From: a virus
Lineage: Duplodnaviria > Caudoviricetes
Length of the DNA stretch: 35,601 nucleotides
Direction: 5' to 3' (one strand)
Virus record (IMG/VR): IMGVR_UViG_3300020042_005013
Coordinates: 1 to 35,601 of that record
How positions within the stretch are numbered: the first letter of the stretch is position 1; the number at the start of each line of letters is the position of its first letter. The translations under genes and the position numbers were made by a program. Under the pieces are notes generated by a model. The model saw only the letters and a program-made list of their open reading frames with translations, had not been told where the DNA came from and made no database searches. Of this stretch, positions 7,657 through 16,198 are shown piece after piece.

Positions 7657-7832
7657 TGCCGATAGTGTCGCGTCCTAAAATGACTTGGACACCTGAGAAG
7701 GATGCACAGCTGCTGGCATATTATGAGCATGGCCTTAGGCCCTCATACATGGCTGAGCAAATGGGGCTAACGGTTGCTTCCGTGGAATGCCGCTATAGAA
7801 GATTGAAAAAGGGATTGGGAAAAGAACGATGA
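7656..7832 (+). CDS. Small HTH protein resembling GcrA N-terminal/Myb-like domain, 58 aa (not in ORF track)
   Basis: MPIVSRPKMTWTPEKDAQLLAYYEHGLRPSYMAEQMGLTVASVECRYRRLKKGLGKER; GAGG RBS. Confidence 0.7.
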   Translation: MPIVSRPKMTWTPEKDAQLLAYYEHGLRPSYMAEQMGLTVASVECRYRRLKKGLGKER

Positions 7833-7963
7833 CTAAGTGCGCCAATTGCGGGTGGGACTGGTTCAAGCATGGAAGCAAGAACCAGTGCAAAGGATTGCGA
7901 CCCAACCAAGATGGCAGCAAGCCAAGGTTTAAGAAAATACACAAGCAAGGAAAAAGCAAATGA
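7829..7963 (+). CDS. Small basic Cys/His protein, 44 aa (not in ORF track)
   Basis: MTKCANCGWDWFKHGSKNQCKGLRPNQDGSKPRFKKIHKQGKSK; ATGA overlaps at both ends. Confidence 0.6.
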   Translation: MTKCANCGWDWFKHGSKNQCKGLRPNQDGSKPRFKKIHKQGKSK

Positions 7964-8088
7964 CCGCAGATAACTGGCTTTTGGTATTGGTCGTGTCAGT
8001 TTGGATATTAACAGCCTACCTGATTGCGACCGCACCCGATGTTACGGCGCAGGAGCGCGAAGAGATGGAAGAGGATTGGTGGGGATGA
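7960..8088 (+). CDS. Small single-pass membrane protein, 42 aa (not in ORF track)
   Basis: MTADNWLLVLVVSVWILTAYLIATAPDVTAQEREEMEEDWWG; AAGGA RBS; ATGA overlaps at both ends. Confidence 0.65.
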   Translation: MTADNWLLVLVVSVWILTAYLIATAPDVTAQEREEMEEDWWG

Positions 8089-8618
8089 GCAGTAGAAACC
8101 TACCGCACCACCTCTATGTCTATGTGGACAGTTCGTTCATCCGCAAGGAAGGCAACGGCTTCGAGCCTGCCGTCTGGTTCGCCCTGAGATCCGAGCCTGA
8201 CCGAGCGTGGGGTTGCCATGTGATGCTAGAGTGCGGAGCTGTCTATCGCAACTTGCCGCCTCATGCACTGGCGTTTAGCGCCTGCCCCGCTCCACATTGG
8301 ACGCTGCAGCAGAGCCAATGCTGGGATTGCTACGGAACCGAGTTCGATGTGATCCGTTATGAATATCTGGCAAACCTCGATGCGCGCTATGATGGCAAGG
8401 ATGACCGCGCTACCTGTCTGTTCACCGCCTGCCCGCACAGCGATGGGTTCAGCGCCTCCCCTGACCAGAACAAAGAGTTCATGTTCATGCGGACGGAAGG
8501 CGACCGATTGCTGATCCGACCGACCAACATGGTTCTGTTCGAGGAGCGCAGCTTCACTGAAGACAGCGGATGGCCCAGCGACATTGCGACATCGACGCAG
8601 GTATGGCGGGCAGAGTAA
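8085..8618 (+). CDS. Conserved phage hypothetical protein
   Basis: Start at the ATGA overlap with GAGGA RBS; GAVYRNLP.HAL, WDC and PTN motifs; function unknown. Confidence 0.7.
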   Translation: MSSRNLPHHLYVYVDSSFIRKEGNGFEPAVWFALRSEPDRAWGCHVMLECGAVYRNLPPHALAFSACPAPHWTLQQSQCWDCYGTEFDVIRYEYLANLDARYDGKDDRATCLFTACPHSDGFSASPDQNKEFMFMRTEGDRLLIRPTNMVLFEERSFTEDSGWPSDIATSTQVWRAE

Positions 8619-8707
8619 TGGGGCACCAGCTTCGGTCGTGTCGTTAAGGCACTTTGGAACCCTGCTGGCAGGCCGGGGCGAAGATAGTCTGCCACTAAAG
8701 GAAACAT

Positions 8708-10198
8708 ATGGTTCAGCTTAGAGACTACCAAGAATCAGCCGTTCAGGCTGTGCGCGATAGCTTTCGCGCTGGACACAAGAAAACTCTGCTCGTTTCCCCT
8801 ACGGGATCGGGTAAGACGGTTATCTTTAGCTACATTGCAGCGGGCATGGCGAAGAACAATAAGCGTATCCTGATTGTGGCGCACAGGCGTGAGCTGCTCA
8901 AGCAAATAAGCGGCGCACTGAAGAAGGTGGGTGTATCGCACGCTATCCTATCCGGTGGGACGCCGGGGATTCCCATTGCCAATGTGGTGGTGGCGTCCGT
9001 GTTCACGCTGGTGCGACGCATGAAGGCTATGAAGCCGTTCGATCTTATCATTGGCGACGAGGCGCATCACTTCACGCCGGACAGCAGCTGGGGCAAGGTT
9101 GTCACTGGCTTCCCAACCGCTCGTGTGCTGGGCGTTACGGCTACGCCTGAGCGCCTCGATGGCAAGGGCATGGGCCTGATGTTCGATGATATGGTGATGG
9201 GGCCTACAGTCGCTGAGCTTACAGCGCAGGGCTTCCTGTCGCACGCTGTGGTCTATGCGCCGAGCGCGCCTGACCTTGGCTCTGTCGGCACGCGCATGGG
9301 TGACTTTGTTTCCAAGCAGCTCGAAGACGCAATGGATAAGCCAATCATCACAGGCAGTGCGGTCAAGCACTACGGCAAGTATGCCGATGGCAAGAAGGCA
9401 ATCGCGTTCTGCGTGAGTGTCAAGCACGCCAAGGATGTGGCCGAGGACTTCCGCAACGCAGGCTATACAGCCAGCCACATCGATGGCGGCATGGATGATG
9501 TCGAGCGCGATGGCGTTTTGAAAGCGTTCGAGGAAGACCGTGTTCAGATCCTGACCAGCTGCGACCTTGTGAGCGAGGGCTTCGATCTTCCGTCTGTCGA
9601 GGTTGCCATTCTATTACGCCCGACGAAATCATTGGGACTGTTCCTGCAGCAGTGCGGTCGAGCTATCCGCCCACACCCTGACAAAGAGAAGACAATCATC
9701 CTCGACCATGCAGGCAACACTGCCCGGCATGGGTTCATTGACGATGAGCGGGACTGGAGCCTTGCCGATGGATTCATTGCGAACCGTGGCAAGAATGGAG
9801 ATAAGGTTGCTTCCGTCCGGACATGCACCGCATGCTTTGCCGTTCACAAGCCGACACCGACATGCCCCATGTGCGGCCACGTTTACCCTGTCACGGCCAG
9901 AAAAGTGAAACACGTTGACGGCGATCTGGTTGAGACGCGCCGAGATGGTGAGGCAGCAAACGAAACTGCTGAAGATATGATGCAGAAGAAGTTCACGGTT
10001 CTTACTAGTGTTGCCCGCAAGCGTGGCTATAATAACCCGACGCAATGGGCGTTCAATGTTATTTGTGGCCAAGAGGCATCGCGTCTTGCTAAGAAGGTTG
10101 GTATACGAGATGCGCGAACGACCAATGGTTTGACGGCAGAAGAGAGGGCAGCGATATGGAAGATGACTATGGGCAAGAAGCAAAGATCTTTTCGGTAA
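8708..10198 (+). CDS. SF2 DExH helicase with C-terminal zinc finger
   Basis: Q motif LRDYQ, PTGSGKT, DEAHH, TATP, EGFDLP, QQCGRAIR, CTAC..CPMC. Confidence 0.95.
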   Translation: MVQLRDYQESAVQAVRDSFRAGHKKTLLVSPTGSGKTVIFSYIAAGMAKNNKRILIVAHRRELLKQISGALKKVGVSHAILSGGTPGIPIANVVVASVFTLVRRMKAMKPFDLIIGDEAHHFTPDSSWGKVVTGFPTARVLGVTATPERLDGKGMGLMFDDMVMGPTVAELTAQGFLSHAVVYAPSAPDLGSVGTRMGDFVSKQLEDAMDKPIITGSAVKHYGKYADGKKAIAFCVSVKHAKDVAEDFRNAGYTASHIDGGMDDVERDGVLKAFEEDRVQILTSCDLVSEGFDLPSVEVAILLRPTKSLGLFLQQCGRAIRPHPDKEKTIILDHAGNTARHGFIDDERDWSLADGFIANRGKNGDKVASVRTCTACFAVHKPTPTCPMCGHVYPVTARKVKHVDGDLVETRRDGEAANETAEDMMQKKFTVLTSVARKRGYNNPTQWAFNVICGQEASRLAKKVGIRDARTTNGLTAEERAAIWKMTMGKKQRSFR

Positions 10199-10380
10199 CA
10201 GTTCCACTGTCGCTGATCCACGCACTGACATTCGAGATGATCTATGTGATAGACCAGTGGCATGAAGACCGTAGTATTAACGATGTTGATACTGAGAAAT
10301 GCTTCGCGGCCATGATGGCTGCTACTGAAGCCGTTCTTGAGATGCTACATGAGGATGGGCATGGGGAAACATTGCAGTGA
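10156..10380 (+). CDS. Hypothetical protein
   Basis: Fills the gap between helicase and nuclease; GTGA overlap with the next gene. Confidence 0.6.
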   Translation: MEDDYGQEAKIFSVTVPLSLIHALTFEMIYVIDQWHEDRSINDVDTEKCFAAMMAATEAVLEMLHEDGHGETLQ

Positions 10381-10697
10381 GAGAGGCTGTAATCCAGCAG
10401 GACATCCGTCTTGCTCTGGGTCAGAGGCAGGACATTATGATGTTCCGCATAAACGTGGGCAAGTTCCGACCGCTCGATGGTGGAGCCCGCGTCATTCAAT
10501 CCGCCCCTGAAGGGACGCCGGATCTTCTGGGGGTTATATCGCCGGGCCGGGCCTTTGCTATCGAGGTCAAGACCGAGAAAGGTAAGCAGCGGCTGGCCCA
10601 AGCGGCATGGCAGAGCGCGTGGGAAAAGCGTGGTGGCATATATATTTTAGCCCGATGCGTAGAAGATGTGTATAAGGGGCTTGACATCACTCCGTAG
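10377..10697 (+). CDS. VRR-NUC domain PD-(D/E)xK nuclease
   Basis: E..IQ..I, GTPDLL, AIEVKTEKGK...Q motifs. Confidence 0.9.
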   Translation: MREAVIQQDIRLALGQRQDIMMFRINVGKFRPLDGGARVIQSAPEGTPDLLGVISPGRAFAIEVKTEKGKQRLAQAAWQSAWEKRGGIYILARCVEDVYKGLDITP

Positions 10698-10710
10698 TCA
10701 TCTGTATGCC
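10681..10710 (+). promoter_or_regulatory. Putative sigma70-type promoter for the recombination genes
   Basis: TTGACA (10681-10686), 18 nt, TATGCC (10705-10710); same TTGACA-N18-TATG geometry as 320-349. Confidence 0.5.
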
Positions 10711-10752
10711 ATACGTAGGCCGACTAGATACGGCCATAACCGGAGAATATAA

Positions 10753-11688
10753 ATGGCTATTTTACAAGTACGTGACCAGACGCACTGGCACGAGTTGCGT
10801 TCCCGACACATCGGTGGGAGCGATGTTGCTGCGTTGTTCGGGCTTTCGCCCTATTCAAGCCGCTGGCAATTGTGGATGGAGAAGGCTGGTAAGCTGTCGC
10901 CGGAGGACATCTCCGACAACAAAGCTGTGCAAGCTGGCACGTTCCTTGAGAGCGGCATCGCCAACTGGGCTGCACACCGCTGGTCTATGGATCTTACAAA
11001 GGTCAATGACTATTACACCGTCGATGACTGCCCCGGCATGGGAGCGTCGTTCGATTACATCACGCGCACCGGAGCGCCGGTCGAGATCAAATGGTCTGCG
11101 CGCGGCTATGGCTGGCACTACAATGGCGAAGAGATTGATGAAGCGCCTGAGAATTATCTGCTTCAGGTTCAGCACCAGCTGGCTTGCACGACTTCCGACC
11201 ACGCATGGTTGGTTGCACTGATCGATGACGAGCCGCGCCGCATGAAGGTTCCGCGCAACGAGAACATCATCGATGCTATCAAAGACCAGATCACATCGTT
11301 CTGGCAGTCGATTGCTGATGGCAAAGAACCTGAGCCTGATTACGCGACGGACATCGATGCTATCACGAAGCTCATGGGGACGCTACCCAAGAGCGATGTT
11401 GTGCTGGATGAGGAATACGCGCCGCTCTTTCTCATGTATAAGGATGCAAAGAAAGACGAAAAGGACGCAGCTGCCGCCGCCGACGAGGCCAAAGCAATGC
11501 TTCTAATGCAGGCCCGCGCCAAGCTGGAGCTTATGAACACATCGCAGGACAAGGCTTCGGTCAAGTGTGGTGAGCATAAGATGTCAATCACCAATGTGCC
11601 CAGCAATCCCGGCAAGGAAATCACGCCGGACATGGTTGGCACTATGACTGGCAAGCGTTCCGGTTACACAACAGTGAGGATCAATTGA
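10753..11688 (+). CDS. YqaJ-like viral recombinase exonuclease (lambda Exo family)
   Basis: W..LR...IGGSD.A..G.SPY, G..LE..I, ASFD, VEIK, Y..QVQHQL motifs. Confidence 0.93.
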   Translation: MAILQVRDQTHWHELRSRHIGGSDVAALFGLSPYSSRWQLWMEKAGKLSPEDISDNKAVQAGTFLESGIANWAAHRWSMDLTKVNDYYTVDDCPGMGASFDYITRTGAPVEIKWSARGYGWHYNGEEIDEAPENYLLQVQHQLACTTSDHAWLVALIDDEPRRMKVPRNENIIDAIKDQITSFWQSIADGKEPEPDYATDIDAITKLMGTLPKSDVVLDEEYAPLFLMYKDAKKDEKDAAAAADEAKAMLLMQARAKLELMNTSQDKASVKCGEHKMSITNVPSNPGKEITPDMVGTMTGKRSGYTTVRIN

Positions 11689-11849
11689 TGAAAGACACTG
11701 TTATGATGAGGGTCGATAGGGATCTTCTGGCAAAACTACGCACGGTTGCAGGCAGACATCCTTTGAAGCCCACGCTTCGAGCTGTTGTCGAACGCGCCAT
11801 TGAATTGATGATTGATGATTTAGAAGAGGAGTTGAGCAATGCAAAGTAA
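11688..11849 (+). CDS. Ribbon-helix-helix-like DNA-binding protein, 53 aa (not in ORF track)
   Basis: MKDTVMMRVDRDLLAKLRTVAGRHPLKPTLRAVVERAIELMIDDLEEELSNAK; GAGGA RBS; TGATG coupling. Confidence 0.7.
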   Translation: MKDTVMMRVDRDLLAKLRTVAGRHPLKPTLRAVVERAIELMIDDLEEELSNAK

Positions 11850-12873
11850 CGAGATTGTTCCTGCCAAGCCGATGGATCGGTTTAAGCAAGAACTGGCGAT
11901 GCGCGAAGGGCATCTCCGCAGTCTTCTCCCGCAGGCCATGACGGTCGATAAGTTCCAAGCCGTTGTGGTGGCAGCTGTCGCTGACAACATGGACTTACTG
12001 GACTGTGACCGTGGTTCGCTGTTGAAGGCGTGCCTGAGCGCCGCTGAGCTGGGCCTGTCGCTCAATAAGAGCATGGGTGAAGCTGACATCCTGAAGGTCT
12101 GGGATGGCCGTCTGAAGAAGAACGTCGCCCAGTTCCGTCCGCGCTACAAGGGATTGATGAAGCTGGCCTTGCAGGCAGGCGAAGTCCTGAAGATTGAGAG
12201 CCGTCTGGTTTATGAGAAGGATGTGTTCGAGGTCGAGGAAGGCATCGAGCCACGCATCATTCACAAGCACGGCCTGTCGGATCGCGGCGAAAAGATTGGT
12301 GCATACTGCGTATGGAAGCTGAAGAACGGCGAGACGCAGTTCGAGATTATGAGCAAGGAAGAAATCCTTTCGATCCGTAACCGCTCATCATCGAAGACCA
12401 AGGAAGGCGTTGTTGTCGGCCCGTGGAAGACTGACGAGGCTGAGATGTGGCGCAAGACCGTGGTTCGTCGTGCCAGTAAGTATATGCCCCTGTCCACTGA
12501 GGCGCAGCGCGCAGTCATGGTTGATAACCAAGCCGAAGGTATCATCGAGGCTGATGAATATATTGGTGACGAGATAGACATCACTGAGTTCAATGATGTT
12601 CCTGCAGCCGAAGCTCAGGTTCAGACCCTTGAAGAAAAGATTGTTGCCAAGGCTAAGCCAAAGACGCCGCTGCACATCGATATACTGGAGGCAGGCGATG
12701 ATGAAGAAGGTATGACGGATTGGGATAACTGGGCAATCTCCGCTTGTGAGATTGTTGCAAGCCTATCTCCAGAAGAGCGCGAAGCATGGCGCGCATTGCA
12801 CGAAGCTATGCTTGAAGAAGCAGAGCTGATGGCCCCACGCAATACCACCAAGTTAATGAAGTTTTTTAAGTAG
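11839..12873 (+). CDS. recT: RecT-family ssDNA-annealing protein
   Basis: L..C...SL......A.LGL, YKGL..LA..G, VYEKD.F, PW.TD..EM.RKTV.RR..KY.PLS; next to the YqaJ exonuclease. Confidence 0.93.
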   Translation: MQSNEIVPAKPMDRFKQELAMREGHLRSLLPQAMTVDKFQAVVVAAVADNMDLLDCDRGSLLKACLSAAELGLSLNKSMGEADILKVWDGRLKKNVAQFRPRYKGLMKLALQAGEVLKIESRLVYEKDVFEVEEGIEPRIIHKHGLSDRGEKIGAYCVWKLKNGETQFEIMSKEEILSIRNRSSSKTKEGVVVGPWKTDEAEMWRKTVVRRASKYMPLSTEAQRAVMVDNQAEGIIEADEYIGDEIDITEFNDVPAAEAQVQTLEEKIVAKAKPKTPLHIDILEAGDDEEGMTDWDNWAISACEIVASLSPEEREAWRALHEAMLEEAELMAPRNTTKLMKFFK

Positions 12874-12883
12874 GAGAAAGTAA

Positions 12884-13171
12884 ATGGGTAAAAAGTTTGA
12901 TCTCGTCGTCAAAGTTGGCGAATACACAGATGGCCAAGGCCAGACCAAAGGCCGCTTCAAGAACGTCGGCGTCATGATGGAAGGCGATAAAGGCCCCTAC
13001 ATTCTGCTCGACCGCACGTTCAACCCAGCTGGCGTTGGCGGGAACGAAGGCCGCGAGAGTATCATCGTCTCGCTCTATGAGCCGAAGGATGGTGCTGGCC
13101 AGCAGGGATCCACAGCGAAGTCAGGTGGATACAAAGCGCAGGATCTAGACGGCGACGACGTTCCGTTTTAA
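12884..13171 (+). CDS. Putative small single-stranded DNA-binding protein
   Basis: Beta-rich body, Gly-rich linker and C-terminal DGDDVPF matching the bacterial SSB tail; follows recT. Confidence 0.7.
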   Translation: MGKKFDLVVKVGEYTDGQGQTKGRFKNVGVMMEGDKGPYILLDRTFNPAGVGGNEGRESIIVSLYEPKDGAGQQGSTAKSGGYKAQDLDGDDVPF

Positions 13172-16100
13172 TTATTCAGGGAAGGCGGGGTCAGCTCCGC
13201 CTTCCACTTCATACTCGCCATCTTCGTATTGGTTTTCTTCATCTTCAACTCTGATCGTCCGATAAATATCTTCGATTGCCGGACGCTTCAGCTTACCAAC
13301 TCTATCGAGCTTCATGCCCGGATATAGCTCAGCCATTATGGCGTCTTTAAGCGTCTGATCTGACGGTGGTTTGACTGCGCCGTCCATATTACCAGATTCA
13401 ATTTCAGCTGAATACTCTTTGGAAATCTTCTGCATTTCTTTATCGAATTCCATGCGGATTTTCTCCGCCTTGGCCCTTTGCCCCGCCTTTTCAGCCTTGA
13501 TTGCATCGGCCAGTAGCTTGCCCAGACGCAGCGTATTGTTTCGCTCTGCGTTACGAGTGGACTCATTAACATTCTTTGCGGCCTGCCTCGCCTGCATCTC
13601 TCGTGCGATGTCAGCTGTCTGGAAGCCACCAGCGCGTGGAAGTTGTTCTTCAAAGAAGCCCATTTCTTCAGCTGGCTTAACGAGCGTACCGTAGCGCGTC
13701 CTGACGCCCTCCTGCGGGTACTGCACAAAGCCCTTCAGGAGATCCGAAGGCCCCTTACCAATGAACGGCGACACGGCTGCGACATAAGCGCCGATTGGCT
13801 GCACACCAGAGGCGCGACGATCAAGATACTCTTGGATCTTCAGGACGCTGCTCGATATGGCCGGAACAATACCCCATCCGTCATCGAATTCAGGAATAAG
13901 TGATGTGAAGCCAATACGCTCACTGATATTCAAGCCAAGCAATGAGCGTGATGGACCGCGCAGTATTGCCTCCGCATCACGACGGGCATCTTCGTCGCCG
14001 CCAAACATCTCGGCCAGCATCATCTGCGCTTCAGTGCGCATGTCTAATTTTTTCCCGTTAAGAATCCTGTAAATATACTCGAATATATTGATTGCATCGT
14101 CACCAAATGGAATCGCAAACAGCAGCCCGGCCACAGTCCACATCGTCATGATCGTGAACATAGCAGCCACCTTACCGCGAGGCCCCTGCTTGCGAAGGTT
14201 CTCAGACAGCAGGAACATGGTTTGCAGGGCGTATTGAGAAAACTGCAGAATCACGCCGCCAGCTCCGCGCATGATGGGTGGTTTTTCAATCTGCCCCCCC
14301 ATGTACGTTGCCGTCTCGACCATGAATTCAGCAACGTCGTAGGGACTGGAGCCTTCCTTAATAATAATCTTGGCACGCTCGTTTTCGCCGTAGGCTTCTT
14401 TCCAGTTCTTCAGGGCCTTAGGATCTTTGGCGTAGCGATAGGCCACAATGAAAGCAGATGCCTTGTTCATCTCTTCAGTGACCGAGATGACGCTCGATCC
14501 GTACTGGAAATACCGCTGCGCCGTTTGCTTGATTCCACCACCACGCGACGCCATGACTTCGCTCTCGACACCCATAAGCTCTGGGTTCATCTGAGCACGA
14601 ACGGTCCCGCGTTTGTTTGCAAGGACGAGGGCATCGCGCTCTTCATCCGTGAGGCCCGGTATCGCGTATGGATCAACGTGCATCCCATAGCCGACCTGAC
14701 CACGGAATCCAGCTATGACCTGAGCTGACATCTTGTAAATATCAAGCCCAGCGGAGCCCTTCATGATCGTCATTTGTGGGGCGGTGATAGTCCAAACAGA
14801 CATAGCGTTAACTGAAGAAGAGGCAACGCTTGCCCACATGGAGTTAAAAAAGCCAATTGTCCTGAGCCCACGCCACATGACATGCTCAGGGCTATCAACA
14901 TATTCATCCCAACTTGTGGCGTATTTTTGTTCTCTCTCATTCACATTGCGCTTCAGATCATCGAACGCCTCGGAGTATTCCTTACGATACATCCGGTGCG
15001 AAACCGTTGACGCAACGATGCGGTTGTAATCAAGCAGACGGTCAGTGAAGTTCGTATCATAGCCCGGAATGTCGCGAGATTGCTTCATGAAGCTGGCGGT
15101 CAGGTCTTCCATCAGCACGGAGCGCACGCTCTGCGGCAAGCCTGCAATCACGCCACGCGCAACCTGCTCCGCATTTGCTGCGCTGAGCCCACCGATAGTA
15201 TCATCAGAGAACATGCCGCCCATCGTCCGGTCGAAGTAATTCTTGATGATCTTGCCAGCGTTGGCATCCATAAGGCCCAGCAGTTTGTCCAAGCTGGACA
15301 GGTCATCGATAGATAGGCGATCATTCATGTCGGCAGCTTTGCGGCTCACGACGATCTTATATCCCTCGCTGGACGGATACTTCTTCTGGATCTCGGCGAT
15401 CTTGCCATCGATGTTAGGGTCTGGAATCATCTTCGCAATCTTCGGCCCGACTAATTCCTTTAGCCAACTAAGGCTGTCGAGCATGAAGAAAGCGCCGCTG
15501 TCTATCGTGCCATCAGGGCCATATACCATGATGCGCGTATCGCCTGAACGCATGAACGGGATATACGATATGAGGCGCTGGGATTCGATGGCGTCGAACA
15601 GGCGCAGTAACTCGTCGCGGAAGGTATCATCCTCGACGCCCTTCTCGATTGCGTCGCGGCTGTATTCGCCATTATAGCCAAGCGCCGCCAGCTGCGACTT
15701 CGCGTTCAAGGTATATCGGCTGTCCAGATATTCTCGCGTCTCGTGCAGCAGGCGCGTTTCATTTGCGTCCAGTTTCAGTTTTTGCCCCGGCTTCGATAGC
15801 TCTGGAGTAAAGAGTCGCTCAGTACCATCCGCGCCTATTCGCCGGATCTCACGAGTCACGATGGAAAAATTGCGGCCTGTGTCGCTCACAGCAGTTCTGG
15901 ACAGGCGCAGATACTCCATGACCGCATTAATTTTATTCTTAGATTCTTTCGGCAGCTGGTTTAATTCATGCAGCAGTCCCTCATAGTCAGCCATGAGGAG
16001 ATTGCGCATCTTGATCTTGTCGTTCGTTGCCTTGTGCATACGCGCAAAGTATTTGCTTTTCCGGGCAACAGCAGTCGCGGGCCGAACCCATGATGTCCAG

Positions 16101-16198
16101 AAGGAAATGTTGCTAACCGGATCTAAAAAGACCGGTGGCTCTGGTATATTATTCAGAGCCACATCGGCAATATCAAGGGAGCAGTTAGAGCCTATCAT
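13172..16198 (-). CDS. Large internal virion/ejected protein, PLxRFG-like
   Basis: 1008 aa, helical; YIPFMRSGD resembles the PLxRFG motif; hydrophobic stretch VAAMFTIMTMWTVAGLLFAIPF; last gene of the structural arm. Confidence 0.7.
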   Translation of the reverse strand: MIGSNCSLDIADVALNNIPEPPVFLDPVSNISFWTSWVRPATAVARKSKYFARMHKATNDKIKMRNLLMADYEGLLHELNQLPKESKNKINAVMEYLRLSRTAVSDTGRNFSIVTREIRRIGADGTERLFTPELSKPGQKLKLDANETRLLHETREYLDSRYTLNAKSQLAALGYNGEYSRDAIEKGVEDDTFRDELLRLFDAIESQRLISYIPFMRSGDTRIMVYGPDGTIDSGAFFMLDSLSWLKELVGPKIAKMIPDPNIDGKIAEIQKKYPSSEGYKIVVSRKAADMNDRLSIDDLSSLDKLLGLMDANAGKIIKNYFDRTMGGMFSDDTIGGLSAANAEQVARGVIAGLPQSVRSVLMEDLTASFMKQSRDIPGYDTNFTDRLLDYNRIVASTVSHRMYRKEYSEAFDDLKRNVNEREQKYATSWDEYVDSPEHVMWRGLRTIGFFNSMWASVASSSVNAMSVWTITAPQMTIMKGSAGLDIYKMSAQVIAGFRGQVGYGMHVDPYAIPGLTDEERDALVLANKRGTVRAQMNPELMGVESEVMASRGGGIKQTAQRYFQYGSSVISVTEEMNKASAFIVAYRYAKDPKALKNWKEAYGENERAKIIIKEGSSPYDVAEFMVETATYMGGQIEKPPIMRGAGGVILQFSQYALQTMFLLSENLRKQGPRGKVAAMFTIMTMWTVAGLLFAIPFGDDAINIFEYIYRILNGKKLDMRTEAQMMLAEMFGGDEDARRDAEAILRGPSRSLLGLNISERIGFTSLIPEFDDGWGIVPAISSSVLKIQEYLDRRASGVQPIGAYVAAVSPFIGKGPSDLLKGFVQYPQEGVRTRYGTLVKPAEEMGFFEEQLPRAGGFQTADIAREMQARQAAKNVNESTRNAERNNTLRLGKLLADAIKAEKAGQRAKAEKIRMEFDKEMQKISKEYSAEIESGNMDGAVKPPSDQTLKDAIMAELYPGMKLDRVGKLKRPAIEDIYRTIRVEDEENQYEDGEYEVEGGADPAFPE
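13180..13205. terminator. GC-rich hairpin at the convergence of the two arms; probable terminator
   Basis: GGAAGGCGG-ggtcagct-CCGCCTTCC: perfect 9-bp inverted repeat 8 nt after the last + strand stop; no long U-tract. Confidence 0.6.

Noticed and set aside
8001-8084. Upstream extensions given by the ORF track (8001; likewise 672, 1385, 1833, 2519, 4118, 6779, 7336, 30674)
   Set aside because: Downstream starts with an RBS or stop/start overlap fit better, and most extensions overlap other genes.
10718-10735. GGCCG/CGGCC hairpin in the exonuclease leader
   Set aside because: Only a 5-bp stem, which can arise by chance.
385-12851. Many - strand ORFs opposite the early genes (e.g. 3769-4554, 997-1620, 9629-10231)
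   Set aside because: Antisense shadows of well-supported, coupled + strand genes; no motifs.
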